DNA of 64,000 nt. Origin: a virus. Shown piece by piece: positions 47,322 through 56,942 of the stretch. The stretch lies in the IMG/VR virus record IMGVR_UViG_3300020455_000616; one strand, given 5' to 3'. Every line of letters starts with the position of its first letter. Position 1 is the stretch's first letter. A program made the translations under genes and the position numbers. The notes beneath the pieces were generated by a model. It had not been told where the DNA came from and did no database searches. It saw only the letters and a program-made list of their open reading frames with translations.

Positions 47322-47648
47322 TCATTTGTTATTCTCCTTCTCATCAAATAACCATACACAAAACCATAAGATTCCGAAGATCAATGCTATTCCAATGATG
47401 TACTGCCAATACATGTACACAAGGAACGCACCAATCCAGAATAAGAATGAAGTGATGCCTTCTAATGCACCCATGTCAAAACCTCCTGAGGTAGAATCGT
47501 CACTAACACGACGAATGTTGATAGTTTGTTGGGAACCATATACTCTCTCAAACTGTTGTGCAGCACCATTAAATGTTGCAGCATCAACCTGAAGATTTTG
47601 ATAACCTCCTTTGGTTCCAAGATAACATTTTGCGCTCCAAGTTGCCAT
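47322..47648 (-). CDS. Membrane protein with two C-terminal TM helices
   Basis: FLFWIGAFLVYMYWQYIIGIALIFGILWFCVWL. Confidence 0.75.
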   Translation of the reverse strand: MATWSAKCYLGTKGGYQNLQVDAATFNGAAQQFERVYGSQQTINIRRVSDDSTSGGFDMGALEGITSFLFWIGAFLVYMYWQYIIGIALIFGILWFCVWLFDEKENNK

Positions 47649-47650
47649 GA

Positions 47651-47845
47651 TTAAAAGTTTTTAGGGTGTGTAATTACATCACCATGTATCTCATCTATAT
47701 TAGCATGATCAATAGCATCAATGTGATCCAAATGATCTATATGCTCAATATGACCATGATCAATGGTAATGTGAATAGATCTCTCTTCAATGAGAGTAGC
47801 AATCTTCTCAAGACTACTAGCAATTCTATCTAATGATTCGCTCAT
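47651..47845 (-). CDS. 64-aa His/Asp-repeat protein (start MSESLD)
   Basis: IHITIDHGHIEHIDHLDHIDAIDHANIDEIH; 9 His. Confidence 0.75.
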   Translation of the reverse strand: MSESLDRIASSLEKIATLIEERSIHITIDHGHIEHIDHLDHIDAIDHANIDEIHGDVITHPKNF

Positions 47846-48042
47846 GACGCATAAACCTCCCATTGTGATTTGTCTACTGATTCCCTGCAACACTGACATG
47901 TGAGTGCAGACCAACTAAAGTGATATACTTTAGCAGTTTGAGAGCATTTAGGACAAGTGATCCATTTACCATCTTGTCCTGCTCTTGTGTAACGATTGAC
48001 TTTAGTCATGCTTAAGGTTACCCTCCTCATCATACCATTCAT
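47842..48042 (-). CDS. Small zinc-ribbon protein (start likely MTKVNR)
   Basis: CPKC...HFSWSALTCQCC. Confidence 0.75.
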   Translation of the reverse strand: MNGMMRRVTLSMTKVNRYTRAGQDGKWITCPKCSQTAKVYHFSWSALTCQCCRESVDKSQWEVYAS

Positions 48043-48370
48043 CTGTCACATTCTCAAGTTCAACAGATTCTTTGATCTTAGTGTATTCTGCTGTTGTGAA
48101 TGGTGGTCTAAGATTATTAGTCCAGTCTGGTTCATCAGCAGGATTGTCATAGTGCTTTGCAGGTACTACATTCTCAAGTACTTCAAAGATCTCATCCATT
48201 TCTTGAACAAGTTCTTCATCATCATTACCTTGACTGTATCCTTCAAGGACATAAAGAATAGTACTGATCTGACCCTCAGTGAGAGGACAGTTGAATGTTT
48301 GTGGTTTGAAGAGTTTCTTAGGCATGAGGATCGTATTTGCGAAGGATGTAAAGTGCGAGGGCAACACCAA
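48002..48370 (-). CDS. Hypothetical protein (true start probably MPKKLF)
   Basis: LTEGQISTILYVLEGY...ELVQEMDEIFEVLE. Confidence 0.65.
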   Translation of the reverse strand: MVLPSHFTSFANTILMPKKLFKPQTFNCPLTEGQISTILYVLEGYSQGNDDEELVQEMDEIFEVLENVVPAKHYDNPADEPDWTNNLRPPFTTAEYTKIKESVELENVTDEWYDEEGNLKHD

Positions 48371-48410
48371 TTGATGATGAACCGAGAATAATTAAAAGTA
48401 AAGGCATTTT

Positions 48411-48785
48411 TTAACGAATGTAAAGGTAACCACCTGCCCAGTCTGCTCTGTTGTAACATGCCATACGCTCTTGAATGATACGTAGGTCATATCTTACATG
48501 CTTTGCAGGTGCTCTCCAAGATGCTGCTTTGTAAACCTCACCAGTCTTCTTATCGACAAAAGCATGTACAGAGTTATCTGCAATAATCTTATGGTACTTA
48601 CGACCTGTTTGAATCTCAAAGGTGTAACGACCACTGTAAGCATTGCGATCATAGTCTGCTTGTAAATGAACGCATAGTTCATTAGTCCACTCAAGAACTC
48701 TCTCTTGAATAGTTTTATTCTGCACATCTTCGTACTTGTCGTAAGATGGAGAATCATATGTTAGTTCAACTGGTGTTGGGTTCAT
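48411..48785 (-). CDS. Conserved cyanophage early protein
   Basis: GRKYHKII...SVHAFVDKKTGEVYKAASWRAPAKHVRY...DWAGGYLY. Confidence 0.85.
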   Translation of the reverse strand: MNPTPVELTYDSPSYDKYEDVQNKTIQERVLEWTNELCVHLQADYDRNAYSGRYTFEIQTGRKYHKIIADNSVHAFVDKKTGEVYKAASWRAPAKHVRYDLRIIQERMACYNRADWAGGYLYIR

Positions 48786-48858
48786 AAGTCAGTTCTCTTG
48801 AGTACCTTCTTATTATACACGCAGTTCCTATCCTAGTACATACAGAGTGTGCAGGTTA

Positions 48859-49341
48859 CTAGAGTGGCATATTCTCTTCTGGATCTTTATTCAAGTAATA
48901 TCCATGACAGTCAGCAATCTTTAAACATTCATCTAAATCCCACCAATACTTCTTATTTGCTGTTGTCTGTGTTCTTGGTTTATATACTCTTCCATCAAAC
49001 ATATCCACAAAGCAATGTGCCTTGCAATCGTCATCATCAGTCAACTGCAAGACTCTATAGTATTTTCTATTGTTGTCATCAATAATAAATGATCCTATGT
49101 TATAATTATTATCTAACTCTCTCTTCATAAACTTCTTCTTAGTTGCATCATCCTCATGATCAGCAATGTGATGATGTACCCTAAAATATTCTCTTGTTAA
49201 TCTAAGACACAGTAACCCTGTTTTCTGCATCACCTCTTCAGGTTTATAAACTCTTGCTGCTAACCTTGCAGCATAATCTTCTTTAATATCATCTAACGAC
49301 TTGATGCCCTGTCTATACAGTTGGAGAAGATCATCATCCAT
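48859..49341 (-). CDS. Divergent paralogue of the 48411 protein
   Basis: RKYYRVLQ...AHCFVDMFDGRVYKP...ADCHGYYL. Confidence 0.7.
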   Translation of the reverse strand: MDDDLLQLYRQGIKSLDDIKEDYAARLAARVYKPEEVMQKTGLLCLRLTREYFRVHHHIADHEDDATKKKFMKRELDNNYNIGSFIIDDNNRKYYRVLQLTDDDDCKAHCFVDMFDGRVYKPRTQTTANKKYWWDLDECLKIADCHGYYLNKDPEENMPL

Positions 49342-49519
49342 TCACGTTACCAAATGCTATATTATATAGTTGAATTCTTATGTATTTTTTTCATTACCTT
49401 TTTATACATATCGAACTCAACTCCTTTATGCTTCAAGACAATTAGTTTTGTAACTGTCATCTCTTCATCATAAAAGAGAATTGGTTCATCATCCAGACAA
49501 TGTTGTAAGTCACCACTCA

Positions 49520-49801
49520 TTATACATTCACCATGTGTGAGATCTTTTCTTTACATACATATTTACCTTCCATATCATAAATGAGTTTGTAATTAGTTGT
49601 GTTAACATAATGACCCTTCAATTCACTACCATCGCAGTGCCATCCATATCCTCTTACTCGTTCCTCAATGCCATCAATGCGGAACTTCTTATCTCCCTTT
49701 AGATAAGATTCATACGTTTGGTCTAGGGCGATCATTGTTTTAGTCCTCGGTGTCGTTAGGGTTAAAAAAAGAACCATATGAACCAGTTGATCCTTGGTCA
49801 C
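49520..49801 (-). CDS. Conserved cyanophage hypothetical protein (start likely MIALDQ)
   Basis: YESYLKGDKKFRIDGIEERVRGYGWHCDG..GHYVNT. Confidence 0.7.
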   Translation of the reverse strand: MTKDQLVHMVLFLTLTTPRTKTMIALDQTYESYLKGDKKFRIDGIEERVRGYGWHCDGSELKGHYVNTTNYKLIYDMEGKYVCKEKISHMVNV

Positions 49802-50006
49802 GATTCTCTAATGCGTCTAATATACCATCTGCACTTTGTATTGTATCTATGGATGAGATCATCTTTGCGATCTCTTTACAAATCATAGGTCGTTCATTAC
49901 GAGCAGCAAATGCTAAAGCATTGCGAAGATTGGACTCTGCCTCTAAAAGAGACTCGATTACCTGTACAGAAAGTGCCATACGATACAAAAGTGTTGATAT
50001 AAACAC
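49740..50006 (-). CDS. Conserved hypothetical protein (start likely MALSVQ)
   Basis: SLLEAESNLRNALAFAARNERP. Confidence 0.75.
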   Translation of the reverse strand: MFISTLLYRMALSVQVIESLLEAESNLRNALAFAARNERPMICKEIAKMISSIDTIQSADGILDALENRDQGSTGSYGSFFNPNDTED

Positions 50007-50056
50007 ATATTACACTGTATATATCACATTTGTCAACTCTTAACGATTCCTTTATA

Positions 50057-51220
50057 TTATGTGAACCAAGTTATGATAGCATAACGTGTACCAGCGAGGA
50101 CTGGCATGATCTCATGAGGGTACATAAAGTTAGCAGGGAATATCACTGCTGAACCTGCTGAAGGTTTAATAATATGCTCTCTCTCAAAAAATGCTATCTC
50201 TCCACCATCATAATCATCATTCAACATCAATGACATTGCAACTGTTCTCGGTCTATCCTTATAGTTATCTGTGTGTATAGTATAGAATCCACCTTCATTA
50301 TATCTCAATAGATCATAACCACTATCAGTGCTGATGTTACAATGAGGGAACTCTTGAATGTATTGAGATGCTGCACCACCTGCCTTATCAAATACAAGTG
50401 TGTCTATCTTCCTTCTAATCTCTTCATTCTTACTAATTACTTCCTTTAAGGATATATGAGCAATCTCACATTTCCTAACATTATCCTTCTTTACACCTCC
50501 ACCAACCATTGCATCATACCAGTCCTTAGACTCACCATACTCATCAAGTATTAACTTACATTCTTTATGTGTAAGTATATTATCATAAACTCTTATATAC
50601 TGGTCGAGATTATTTGCTTTAGGTACTGGTAGCACCTTCACTGGCATCTGTTCCTTCTTACGTGGTTTATCTATCACTACCTTACGATCCTTATTAAAAT
50701 AGAATGTGGCATACTTACCTCTACTCCTAACATAATGCATGAATAGTTGTGTGCAAGCATTACCAGTGTACTCTTCTCTCCAATGTGGTGCGGTCATACC
50801 AAAATATATCATAGCATCACCACTATTCAATACAACCTCTTGTTTTTGTCCTTGAGGATTCTGTATCCATATAGACCAAGGTTCATCTGATTCTAGATTC
50901 ACAGTTAAAGAGATCTCACACTCTTCCTTATCAACATGTGGAGTGAGAACTGCACCATTCTCATATATCCTTGCGTAAGTATATGTTGGTAGCACAGTCT
51001 CACCAACCAGTTGAGATACCTGCACATTCTTCTCACATAATAACTCTACAAATGAGATATAATCATACTTACCAAGACACTTATCAACTTGAGGGTCATT
51101 AGTTATATCAAACTCCTCAGCATACAAGTTAAAATCTTTTGCTAGATCACTTGCCTTCTCTGCTGATATAAAGTTAGGAACAATCATATAATTGTTCTCT
51201 ATCAGTTTCTCATTCATCAT
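50057..51220 (-). CDS. Tandem two-domain 2OG-Fe(II) oxygenase (C-terminal prolyl 4-hydroxylase-like)
   Basis: Domain 1: LTPHVDKEECEISLT...APHWRE. Domain 2: YTIHTDN...LNDDYDGGEIAF...FPANFMYPHEIMPV..GTRYAIITW. Confidence 0.9.
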   Translation of the reverse strand: MMNEKLIENNYMIVPNFISAEKASDLAKDFNLYAEEFDITNDPQVDKCLGKYDYISFVELLCEKNVQVSQLVGETVLPTYTYARIYENGAVLTPHVDKEECEISLTVNLESDEPWSIWIQNPQGQKQEVVLNSGDAMIYFGMTAPHWREEYTGNACTQLFMHYVRSRGKYATFYFNKDRKVVIDKPRKKEQMPVKVLPVPKANNLDQYIRVYDNILTHKECKLILDEYGESKDWYDAMVGGGVKKDNVRKCEIAHISLKEVISKNEEIRRKIDTLVFDKAGGAASQYIQEFPHCNISTDSGYDLLRYNEGGFYTIHTDNYKDRPRTVAMSLMLNDDYDGGEIAFFEREHIIKPSAGSAVIFPANFMYPHEIMPVLAGTRYAIITWFT

Positions 51221-52140
51221 TTAAAAAGTCTTCTTCTTCCTATGTTTACTATTGGTGTGATTTGCCACCTTGCTGCTGTTAAATTAAAAGTTGAACCTCC
51301 ATGTGCCAGTATACTCTTAGAGTATGATAATGCAATGAAGTCCATTATAGATTCAAATACATCCTGATTCATATCATTTAAAGGACAAATCTTTTTAAAA
51401 TCATCAATCAGATCATTCTTGTCAACGATCTTATATGTATCCTTCCAATGAGCATAGTATTTACTAGGTATATCTGAAGCAATGTAATATTCCTTCTCAA
51501 TATCCATCTGATCAAAGTAATCACTATCCTGAATGTACTTATAAGTATCATCCTCAACTACATCATGATTTTGATTCAATTTATTATATAATTCTAAGTA
51601 ATCATCCTTTAAATCAACAGGTATAGAATTAATATCATCATCTGTAAACCACATACCAGCACCCCTTCTCAAATGAACACCATGATACTTACCAAACAAA
51701 GTCTTAAACTTCTTATGATTCTCTGGATCTTTTACTGTAATGGTGCTTATGATATTATCTTCTAACTTTATTTGACCTGCCATATTCTGTAACCATGTCT
51801 CTTCCCATTGATCTTGCAAGTTCTCTAAAATATTATCCCAACTACCATCATCCTCAAATATACTATTTGGGAAGTTCAAGAACTCACTCTCAGGATAGTA
51901 TTTCTTCTCAAATGATAAGACATACTCTGCTCCATATAATAATTGTGCTTGCTCCCAATGATATAATCTATTACCTAAGGAAGTATCATGAGGTTGATAT
52001 CCATCCCAAGGATCATCACCCAACTTACATCTCATTATTGTTTTATTATCTTTTTGCTTCCAATTCTTTATCAGGAGTTCCAACTCCTTTATTCTCTCAT
52101 TTGCAACCTTGATCTTTTCATCCAGATTGGTGTTACTCAT
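51217..52140 (-). CDS. GT-B fucosyltransferase-like protein (GT11/O-FucT-like)
   Basis: SLGNRL, YHGVHLRRG, YYIASD, DFIALSYSKSILAHGGSTF. Confidence 0.65.
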   Translation of the reverse strand: MSNTNLDEKIKVANERIKELELLIKNWKQKDNKTIMRCKLGDDPWDGYQPHDTSLGNRLYHWEQAQLLYGAEYVLSFEKKYYPESEFLNFPNSIFEDDGSWDNILENLQDQWEETWLQNMAGQIKLEDNIISTITVKDPENHKKFKTLFGKYHGVHLRRGAGMWFTDDDINSIPVDLKDDYLELYNKLNQNHDVVEDDTYKYIQDSDYFDQMDIEKEYYIASDIPSKYYAHWKDTYKIVDKNDLIDDFKKICPLNDMNQDVFESIMDFIALSYSKSILAHGGSTFNLTAARWQITPIVNIGRRRLFK

Positions 52141-52313
52141 AGATCTAACTTACGAAGACGGAACGAGAGTGCCTTACGTTCTCCCTTATCTGTATGTATG
52201 ACAGGTTGACCGTGGTCATCTAGGGATATATCAGTGATAATAGTTCTGACGTTTCTAAACTTACCAACGTCTATTTTATCACCAATTTTAAGTTCAATAT
52301 TAAAAGAGTCCAC
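52137..52313 (-). CDS. 58-aa SH3/KOW-like protein (GTG start; not in ORF track)
   Basis: DSFNIELKIGDKIDVGKFRNVRTIITDISLDDHGQPVIHTDKGERKALSFRLRKLDL. Confidence 0.6.
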   Translation of the reverse strand: MDSFNIELKIGDKIDVGKFRNVRTIITDISLDDHGQPVIHTDKGERKALSFRLRKLDL

Positions 52314-52354
52314 ATTACTGGGTATTCATCATCTTAAATATTATACACCATATG

Positions 52355-52723
52355 TCAATGTCTGACAACTACTATATCTCCACCATCGTCATCGTCATCC
52401 TCATCATCATCCTCCCAAGGATCATCAATCCCCTCATTCAAAGCATTTATCCTATCTTGTAATGATATGTTTAGAGGATCACGAGTATCCTTATCAAAAT
52501 TTACAACTAAGAGTTCATCATCACCCTTGATCTCTTGAACCTCTGGATGATTAGAGTTTAATGGGTTCTCTGGTTTTTTATCCATTGGTTTGCTCTTAGG
52601 TTCAATATATTTATTAATATCTCTTAAATTAGAGTACATTAAAGCAAATGCTCCTCCTGCTATTGCAGTAGAACATAATATAAAAAGCAATACTTCAATC
52701 ATCTCCATTCTTTCTCTTCTCAC
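52355..52723 (-). CDS. DUF2973-like membrane protein
   Basis: N-terminal TM helix, NHPE, DELLVVNF, acidic tail. Confidence 0.7.
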   Translation of the reverse strand: MRRERMEMIEVLLFILCSTAIAGGAFALMYSNLRDINKYIEPKSKPMDKKPENPLNSNHPEVQEIKGDDELLVVNFDKDTRDPLNISLQDRINALNEGIDDPWEDDDEDDDDDGGDIVVVRH

Positions 52724-52800
52724 GTATCACTGACATCATAGCCAAGCGTTCAATGAATAAGTACACCCAAAAAATGCTTAACATTATGATAGCAAACAAT

Positions 52801-53010
52801 CTAACATTCTGAGCATTGACAACAATTGTTCCCATCTTTGACCTTCCTATTCTGTTTCTTGATCATTTTAGCATACCAGACATCCTCTCTTGTCCAAAGA
52901 TCAGGATTCCTCTTGCGTTGTTTAATTAATCTTTTTGCAATTTTTCTTAAATTTTTACGTTCGGCATCGCTATCCAAACTAATCCTCCATCTTGTTTTCG
53001 TCATCCTCAA
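52801..53010 (-). CDS. Small basic hypothetical protein
   Basis: RKIAKRLIKQRKRNPDLWTREDVWYAKM. Confidence 0.5.
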   Translation of the reverse strand: MRMTKTRWRISLDSDAERKNLRKIAKRLIKQRKRNPDLWTREDVWYAKMIKKQNRKVKDGNNCCQCSEC

Positions 53011-53890
53011 TAATCAACTTCTCAATCTCATCAACAACAGGAACTTCTTCCTCTTCAAACATCATTTCCAAATCAAACTCATCATCTAGTTTACTTAAAT
53101 CAAAGTTCTGGAACTCACTATCTCCATCTCTAGAATTATATTTAACATCATTACTCTCCTTGCGGATCTGTTCATCCACAAAATCTTGAGAATCATCAAC
53201 TCCAGTTGCTTGATCAAAATATTTATCATCAATAGCATCATCAAATAAAGATTCATCAACTTCACCATCAAATAATGTTACCATAGGTGATAACTTACCA
53301 TTATCTGCCTTCGGTAAACCATCAAACATACCTTGACTATCTTTTGCAATATCCTCCATCTCATCTTGGTTCATGAAGATCTCATCATGATCCTTCATAA
53401 CCTGCTGTTGGATACGTTCTACTTGAAGTTCATGATCCTTCATTAAGAATGTCATTTGTCTCTTATGTTCCTTCTCATGTAATTCAGCATTAGTATATAA
53501 TCTGTCCTTCTCAGTATCATGCTTTAATTCAATTTCTTTCATCTCATCATCATGATTCTTCTGCATACTCTCCATCTGCAACTCAAGTTCTGCCATTGCT
53601 TCTTCCCATGACACAATCTTCTTCTTCTCTTCTTCTTCCTTTGCCTTTTGCTCTGCTATCTGACGTTCATTCTCTATGTTAAAATGATCAACATACTTTT
53701 TAATATCTTTCTCTGTGATAGGAGTATGTGGTATAGCACTATCATATTCTACCCATCCACTACCATTCTTCCATTGGATTGCCCATAGATGCTCAATATC
53801 ATTAAAAGGCCAATTCTCTTTACTAAAGAATATACCCTTATCGTCAACTTTAATGTAACGATCTGCTTCTATTAAAGTGAATACCTTCAT
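52979..53890 (-). CDS. Fibre-associated protein: tail-assembly-like N-terminal domain plus acidic coiled coil
   Basis: HLWAIQWKNGSGWVEY; adjacent to the fibre genes. Confidence 0.6.
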   Translation of the reverse strand: MKVFTLIEADRYIKVDDKGIFFSKENWPFNDIEHLWAIQWKNGSGWVEYDSAIPHTPITEKDIKKYVDHFNIENERQIAEQKAKEEEEKKKIVSWEEAMAELELQMESMQKNHDDEMKEIELKHDTEKDRLYTNAELHEKEHKRQMTFLMKDHELQVERIQQQVMKDHDEIFMNQDEMEDIAKDSQGMFDGLPKADNGKLSPMVTLFDGEVDESLFDDAIDDKYFDQATGVDDSQDFVDEQIRKESNDVKYNSRDGDSEFQNFDLSKLDDEFDLEMMFEEEEVPVVDEIEKLIIEDDENKMED

Positions 53891-54246
53891 TGCGATCCTC
53901 CAAGTTCATGAGTATGGTCATTATCATCCTTTGTATCTACATCAGTAGCATTGATGATCTTTCTTTCTTGCATCATCTGTGCAGCAGCAGATAATACATT
54001 TATGTTATTTTCATTTGCCTTCACCATCTCATTTCTAAATGACTCAACAGCAGCACCAGTAGATCTAGATTGCTGTGATGTTTCTATCAATAACATAGGC
54101 AACCATGTTACTGCACATCCCCACTCATCAACAGGTTCACCTGTTTGTGGGTTAGCACCCCTAATTTGTGTGTACCATGAACAACCAAGTTTTTTACACT
54201 TGTCTTGTATCAAGGGACAAAAATCTTCTGGTTCTAACTGTGCCAT
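53887..54246 (-). CDS. Conserved Cys-containing fibre-associated protein
   Basis: CPLIQDKCKKLGCSWY...EWGCAVTWLPMLLIETSQQSRSTGAAVESFRNEMVK. Confidence 0.8.
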   Translation of the reverse strand: MAQLEPEDFCPLIQDKCKKLGCSWYTQIRGANPQTGEPVDEWGCAVTWLPMLLIETSQQSRSTGAAVESFRNEMVKANENNINVLSAAAQMMQERKIINATDVDTKDDNDHTHELGGSQ

Positions 54247-54261
54247 AATAATATTATGTAT

Positions 54262-54840
54262 CTAGTCCAGTTCACATACTATAACATCTAAGTATTGGAT
54301 TGCCAAGTTAGATGTTGCAGTATATGTTCCTTGAATTTGTACTGTACCATTAAAGGGATGGTCATGAGGACCACCAGCAGCACCTTGATCTACTCCACCA
54401 GTGTTAGTATTACCATCTCTTACCCTAGATCCTACATTACTAAATGGTGTAGCATTTGCACCACCAGTAGGTCCAAGTAAGTGTTCGTGTTGGTGTTCTG
54501 GTAACTCAGCAATTGATAGAGTGTGGTCACCCACCACTTTTGGTATACCTGAAGGTGGTAAAATAGATTCAGTATTGTTTACAGTTATTGTTATATCTCT
54601 AGCAGCAGATAATACTGTGGTAAAATTGAATGTACCACCAGATCCACCAGCAGTTCCTGTTACTACTCTAAGTGATTTATTATTAACAGATGCATTAGTT
54701 ATCTGAGTCCATCCTGGTGGTGCAGATGCTTCCCAAAATAACTTCCTTGTTCCAGCAGGATACATCCAATAAAATGAATTGATGGAATCACTAGCATCCG
54801 CTAAGTTAAATTGTACTCCACTGGATGTTAATTTCGCCAT
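54262..54840 (-). CDS. Short tail-fibre-like protein
   Basis: YPAGTRKLFWEASAPPGWTQ, VGDHTLSIAELPEHQH, LAIQYLDVIVC. Confidence 0.8.
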   Translation of the reverse strand: MAKLTSSGVQFNLADASDSINSFYWMYPAGTRKLFWEASAPPGWTQITNASVNNKSLRVVTGTAGGSGGTFNFTTVLSAARDITITVNNTESILPPSGIPKVVGDHTLSIAELPEHQHEHLLGPTGGANATPFSNVGSRVRDGNTNTGGVDQGAAGGPHDHPFNGTVQIQGTYTATSNLAIQYLDVIVCELD

Positions 54841-54841
54841 G

Positions 54842-55408
54842 TCAACTAAAGGTGCATATTAGTACATCAACATATTGAAGTCTTAAGTCAATCTGTCCTG
54901 CTCCTGTAGCAGAGAATGTTGCTGACCCATTGAAGGGATGATCGTGTGGTTGTCCTATTTGTCCACTAGGAGATACCACATTACCTGTAGGTGATGATCC
55001 TGAAACCCTAAAAGTTCCACCTCCACCTGAAGCAGAAGCAGTACCACCTGTTAATGAGTTATGAGTATGATCTGGTATTTGTGAGATTGCCAAAGTAGTA
55101 CCACCAACTGTACCAGATACAGTCGTAGCAGCACTAAATGGTACTGCTAATGATGAGGTAGTATTAGGGAATACTTGAGAGAATGTTAACCCACCAGCAC
55201 CAGAAGTTCCACCAAATCCAAATCCACCACCTGTTCCATTGACAAGTCTTAATGCTTTATCGTTATGTGAATTTTCTTTTACCCATCCAGTTGGAGCAGC
55301 AGCTTGGAAGAATACCATAGCAGCACCCTGCTCAACTACACCATACTTTGATGCCAGTGAGGTAGAGTCTCCAAACGTAATTCCAGTCGCAGTTAATGTT
55401 GCAGACAT
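54842..55408 (-). CDS. Short tail-fibre-like protein (paralogue of 54262)
   Basis: FFQAAAPTGWVK, GTTLAISQIPDHTH, LRLQYVDVLICTFS. Confidence 0.8.
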   Translation of the reverse strand: MSATLTATGITFGDSTSLASKYGVVEQGAAMVFFQAAAPTGWVKENSHNDKALRLVNGTGGGFGFGGTSGAGGLTFSQVFPNTTSSLAVPFSAATTVSGTVGGTTLAISQIPDHTHNSLTGGTASASGGGGTFRVSGSSPTGNVVSPSGQIGQPHDHPFNGSATFSATGAGQIDLRLQYVDVLICTFS

Positions 55409-55428
55409 TGTATAAGACTTCTATTCCT

Positions 55429-55797
55429 TTATTCTTTATTTAGCACCTTTTTAGATCCGTCATTTATCCAGAACCCATCATCAGTCAATTCCCATCCATC
55501 TTCTTGCATTGCTTTCCAACTACCATACCTCTCCATTCCCTCCTCACTTAGATTCATCTTGATCCAAGCAGGCCAAAGTTCCTCCTCAACTTGAGGCATT
55601 TGTAATTGCTGTCTACGATCCATTGCATACTCACGATACATCTCTTGAGTCCACCCATCATTATAAGATGACTGTGCTTGTATCTCAGCATCCATCAACT
55701 TATAATCAAACAGTAATTCTCTCTCTTTATCTGGAGTGTCAGTGTCCCTGACATAAACAGTCTTACCACCGTCAGGGGATTCGTAGATCTTAGCCAT
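55429..55797 (-). CDS. Conserved hypothetical protein (start MAKIYESPDGG)
   Basis: KIYESPDGGKTVYVR motif. Confidence 0.75.
   Translation of the reverse strand: MAKIYESPDGGKTVYVRDTDTPDKERELLFDYKLMDAEIQAQSSYNDGWTQEMYREYAMDRRQQLQMPQVEEELWPAWIKMNLSEEGMERYGSWKAMQEDGWELTDDGFWINDGSKKVLNKE
55437..55443 (-). promoter_or_regulatory. Late promoter-like CTAAATA upstream of the fibre module
   Basis: Plus-strand tatttag about 30 nt before the ATG. Confidence 0.6.
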
Positions 55798-56449
55798 TGG
55801 ATAGCGATGCCTCCGCATAGTCACGATTGAATAGATCAAGACCTTCTCTTGTTAGCACACTGTTATACATGCTATCGAATGTCTTAATAGGTAATGTAAG
55901 GACATGAGCACCATACAATAAGCAACGTGATGCTTGATGTGCTTCTCTAATAGATGCTGCTAAAACCTTAGTCTCCATCTTATGTTCCTTCTGAACACCA
56001 CAGATTGCTTTGATTAACTCAACACCACTAAAACTATTATCATTAAGTCTACCCACAAATGGTGAGAGATATGTAGCACCTGCCTTCATTGCTAAACATG
56101 CTTGAGCAACAGAGAATACTAAGGTTACATTAGTCTTAATACCACCATCACTTAATCTCTTACATGCTTTAAGTCCTTCAACTGTGCAAGGTACTTTAAT
56201 AGTAACAGCAGGAGCAAGTGGATAGAATGTCTCTGCCTGTGCAATCATCTCGTCAGCAGTCTCAGCAACTACCTCAGCAGATATGCTCTCCATCAAAGGG
56301 AATCTTTCTGCAAGTTCTTTGATAACATCATGTTGAGTACGACCTGACTTCAGTATTAATGTAGGATTTGTGGTGACACCATCTATTAGTCCAGTCTCAT
56401 ATCTGGATGCAATAGCGTCAACGTCTGCGGTATCTAAAAAAAATCTCAT
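55790..56449 (-). CDS. talC: Transaldolase (auxiliary metabolic gene)
   Basis: FFLDTAD, DGVTTNPTLI, TIKVPCT (Schiff-base Lys), ATYLSPFVGR, LAASIR. Confidence 0.97.
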   Translation of the reverse strand: MRFFLDTADVDAIASRYETGLIDGVTTNPTLILKSGRTQHDVIKELAERFPLMESISAEVVAETADEMIAQAETFYPLAPAVTIKVPCTVEGLKACKRLSDGGIKTNVTLVFSVAQACLAMKAGATYLSPFVGRLNDNSFSGVELIKAICGVQKEHKMETKVLAASIREAHQASRCLLYGAHVLTLPIKTFDSMYNSVLTREGLDLFNRDYAEASLSNG

Positions 56450-56451
56450 GT

Positions 56452-56480
56452 TTGTTATTTGTAAGTGTACGGATCATGTT
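56452..56480 (-). repeat. 29-bp direct repeat, copy 1 (just upstream of talC)
   Basis: ttgttatttgtaagtgtacggatcatgtt, identical to 57076-57104. Confidence 0.95.
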
Positions 56481-56557
56481 GTTGGTTTACTGAAATTTCT
56501 GTAGAAAACATAAGCACAGTAACTCATGCTAAGTATGAAGAAGACTTTTTCAATCAT
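56474..56557 (-). CDS. 27-aa hydrophobic micro-protein (not in ORF track)
   Basis: [27 protein letters not shown]; downstream of a consensus promoter. Confidence 0.5.
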   Translation of the reverse strand: MIEKVFFILSMSYCAYVFYRNFSKPTT

Positions 56558-56599
56558 GACATTGGATGAAATAATAAATCAGGAAAGTAATAATTAAAC

Positions 56600-56628
56600 A
56601 TTATAAGTATAACTGATGTAATTGTCAA
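56600..56628 (-). promoter_or_regulatory. Perfect sigma70 promoter TTGACA-N17-TATAAT driving talC
   Basis: tgtcaa 56623-28 and attata 56600-05. Confidence 0.9.
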
Positions 56629-56693
56629 CCATATAGTTGCAATAACTGGTGCAGACCTAAACCATTTTGTATAAAATATTTTAAATAAAGATT

Positions 56694-56942
56694 TCATTTT
56701 TTTGTTGGATCAGGTAGAATAAAAGGTGGTGCATCATTTAAAGATGACTTTCCATACTTTTCATATTCCTTATACCCTGTCATCTTACCACTAGTTTTCA
56801 TAAGTGCCGACATAAATGAAATAATTAGAAACACTACAGGTGCTCCGATGATAAGAGCAGCAGCGAAAATATAACCAACAATGAATTCAGGAATAGAATG
56901 GTTGCCCAGAAAGTCATGATTCTCCAATAAAAAATTGATCAT
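56694..56942 (-). CDS. Small membrane protein (start MINFLL)
   Basis: [25 protein letters not shown]; ATGA overlap with the Cys-rich ORF. Confidence 0.75.
   Translation of the reverse strand: MINFLLENHDFLGNHSIPEFIVGYIFAAALIIGAPVVFLIISFMSALMKTSGKMTGYKEYEKYGKSSLNDAPPFILPDPTKK

Noticed and set aside
50601-50611. Additional GTCGAGAT box
   Set aside because: Isolated copy inside coding sequence (NLDQ codons); likely chance
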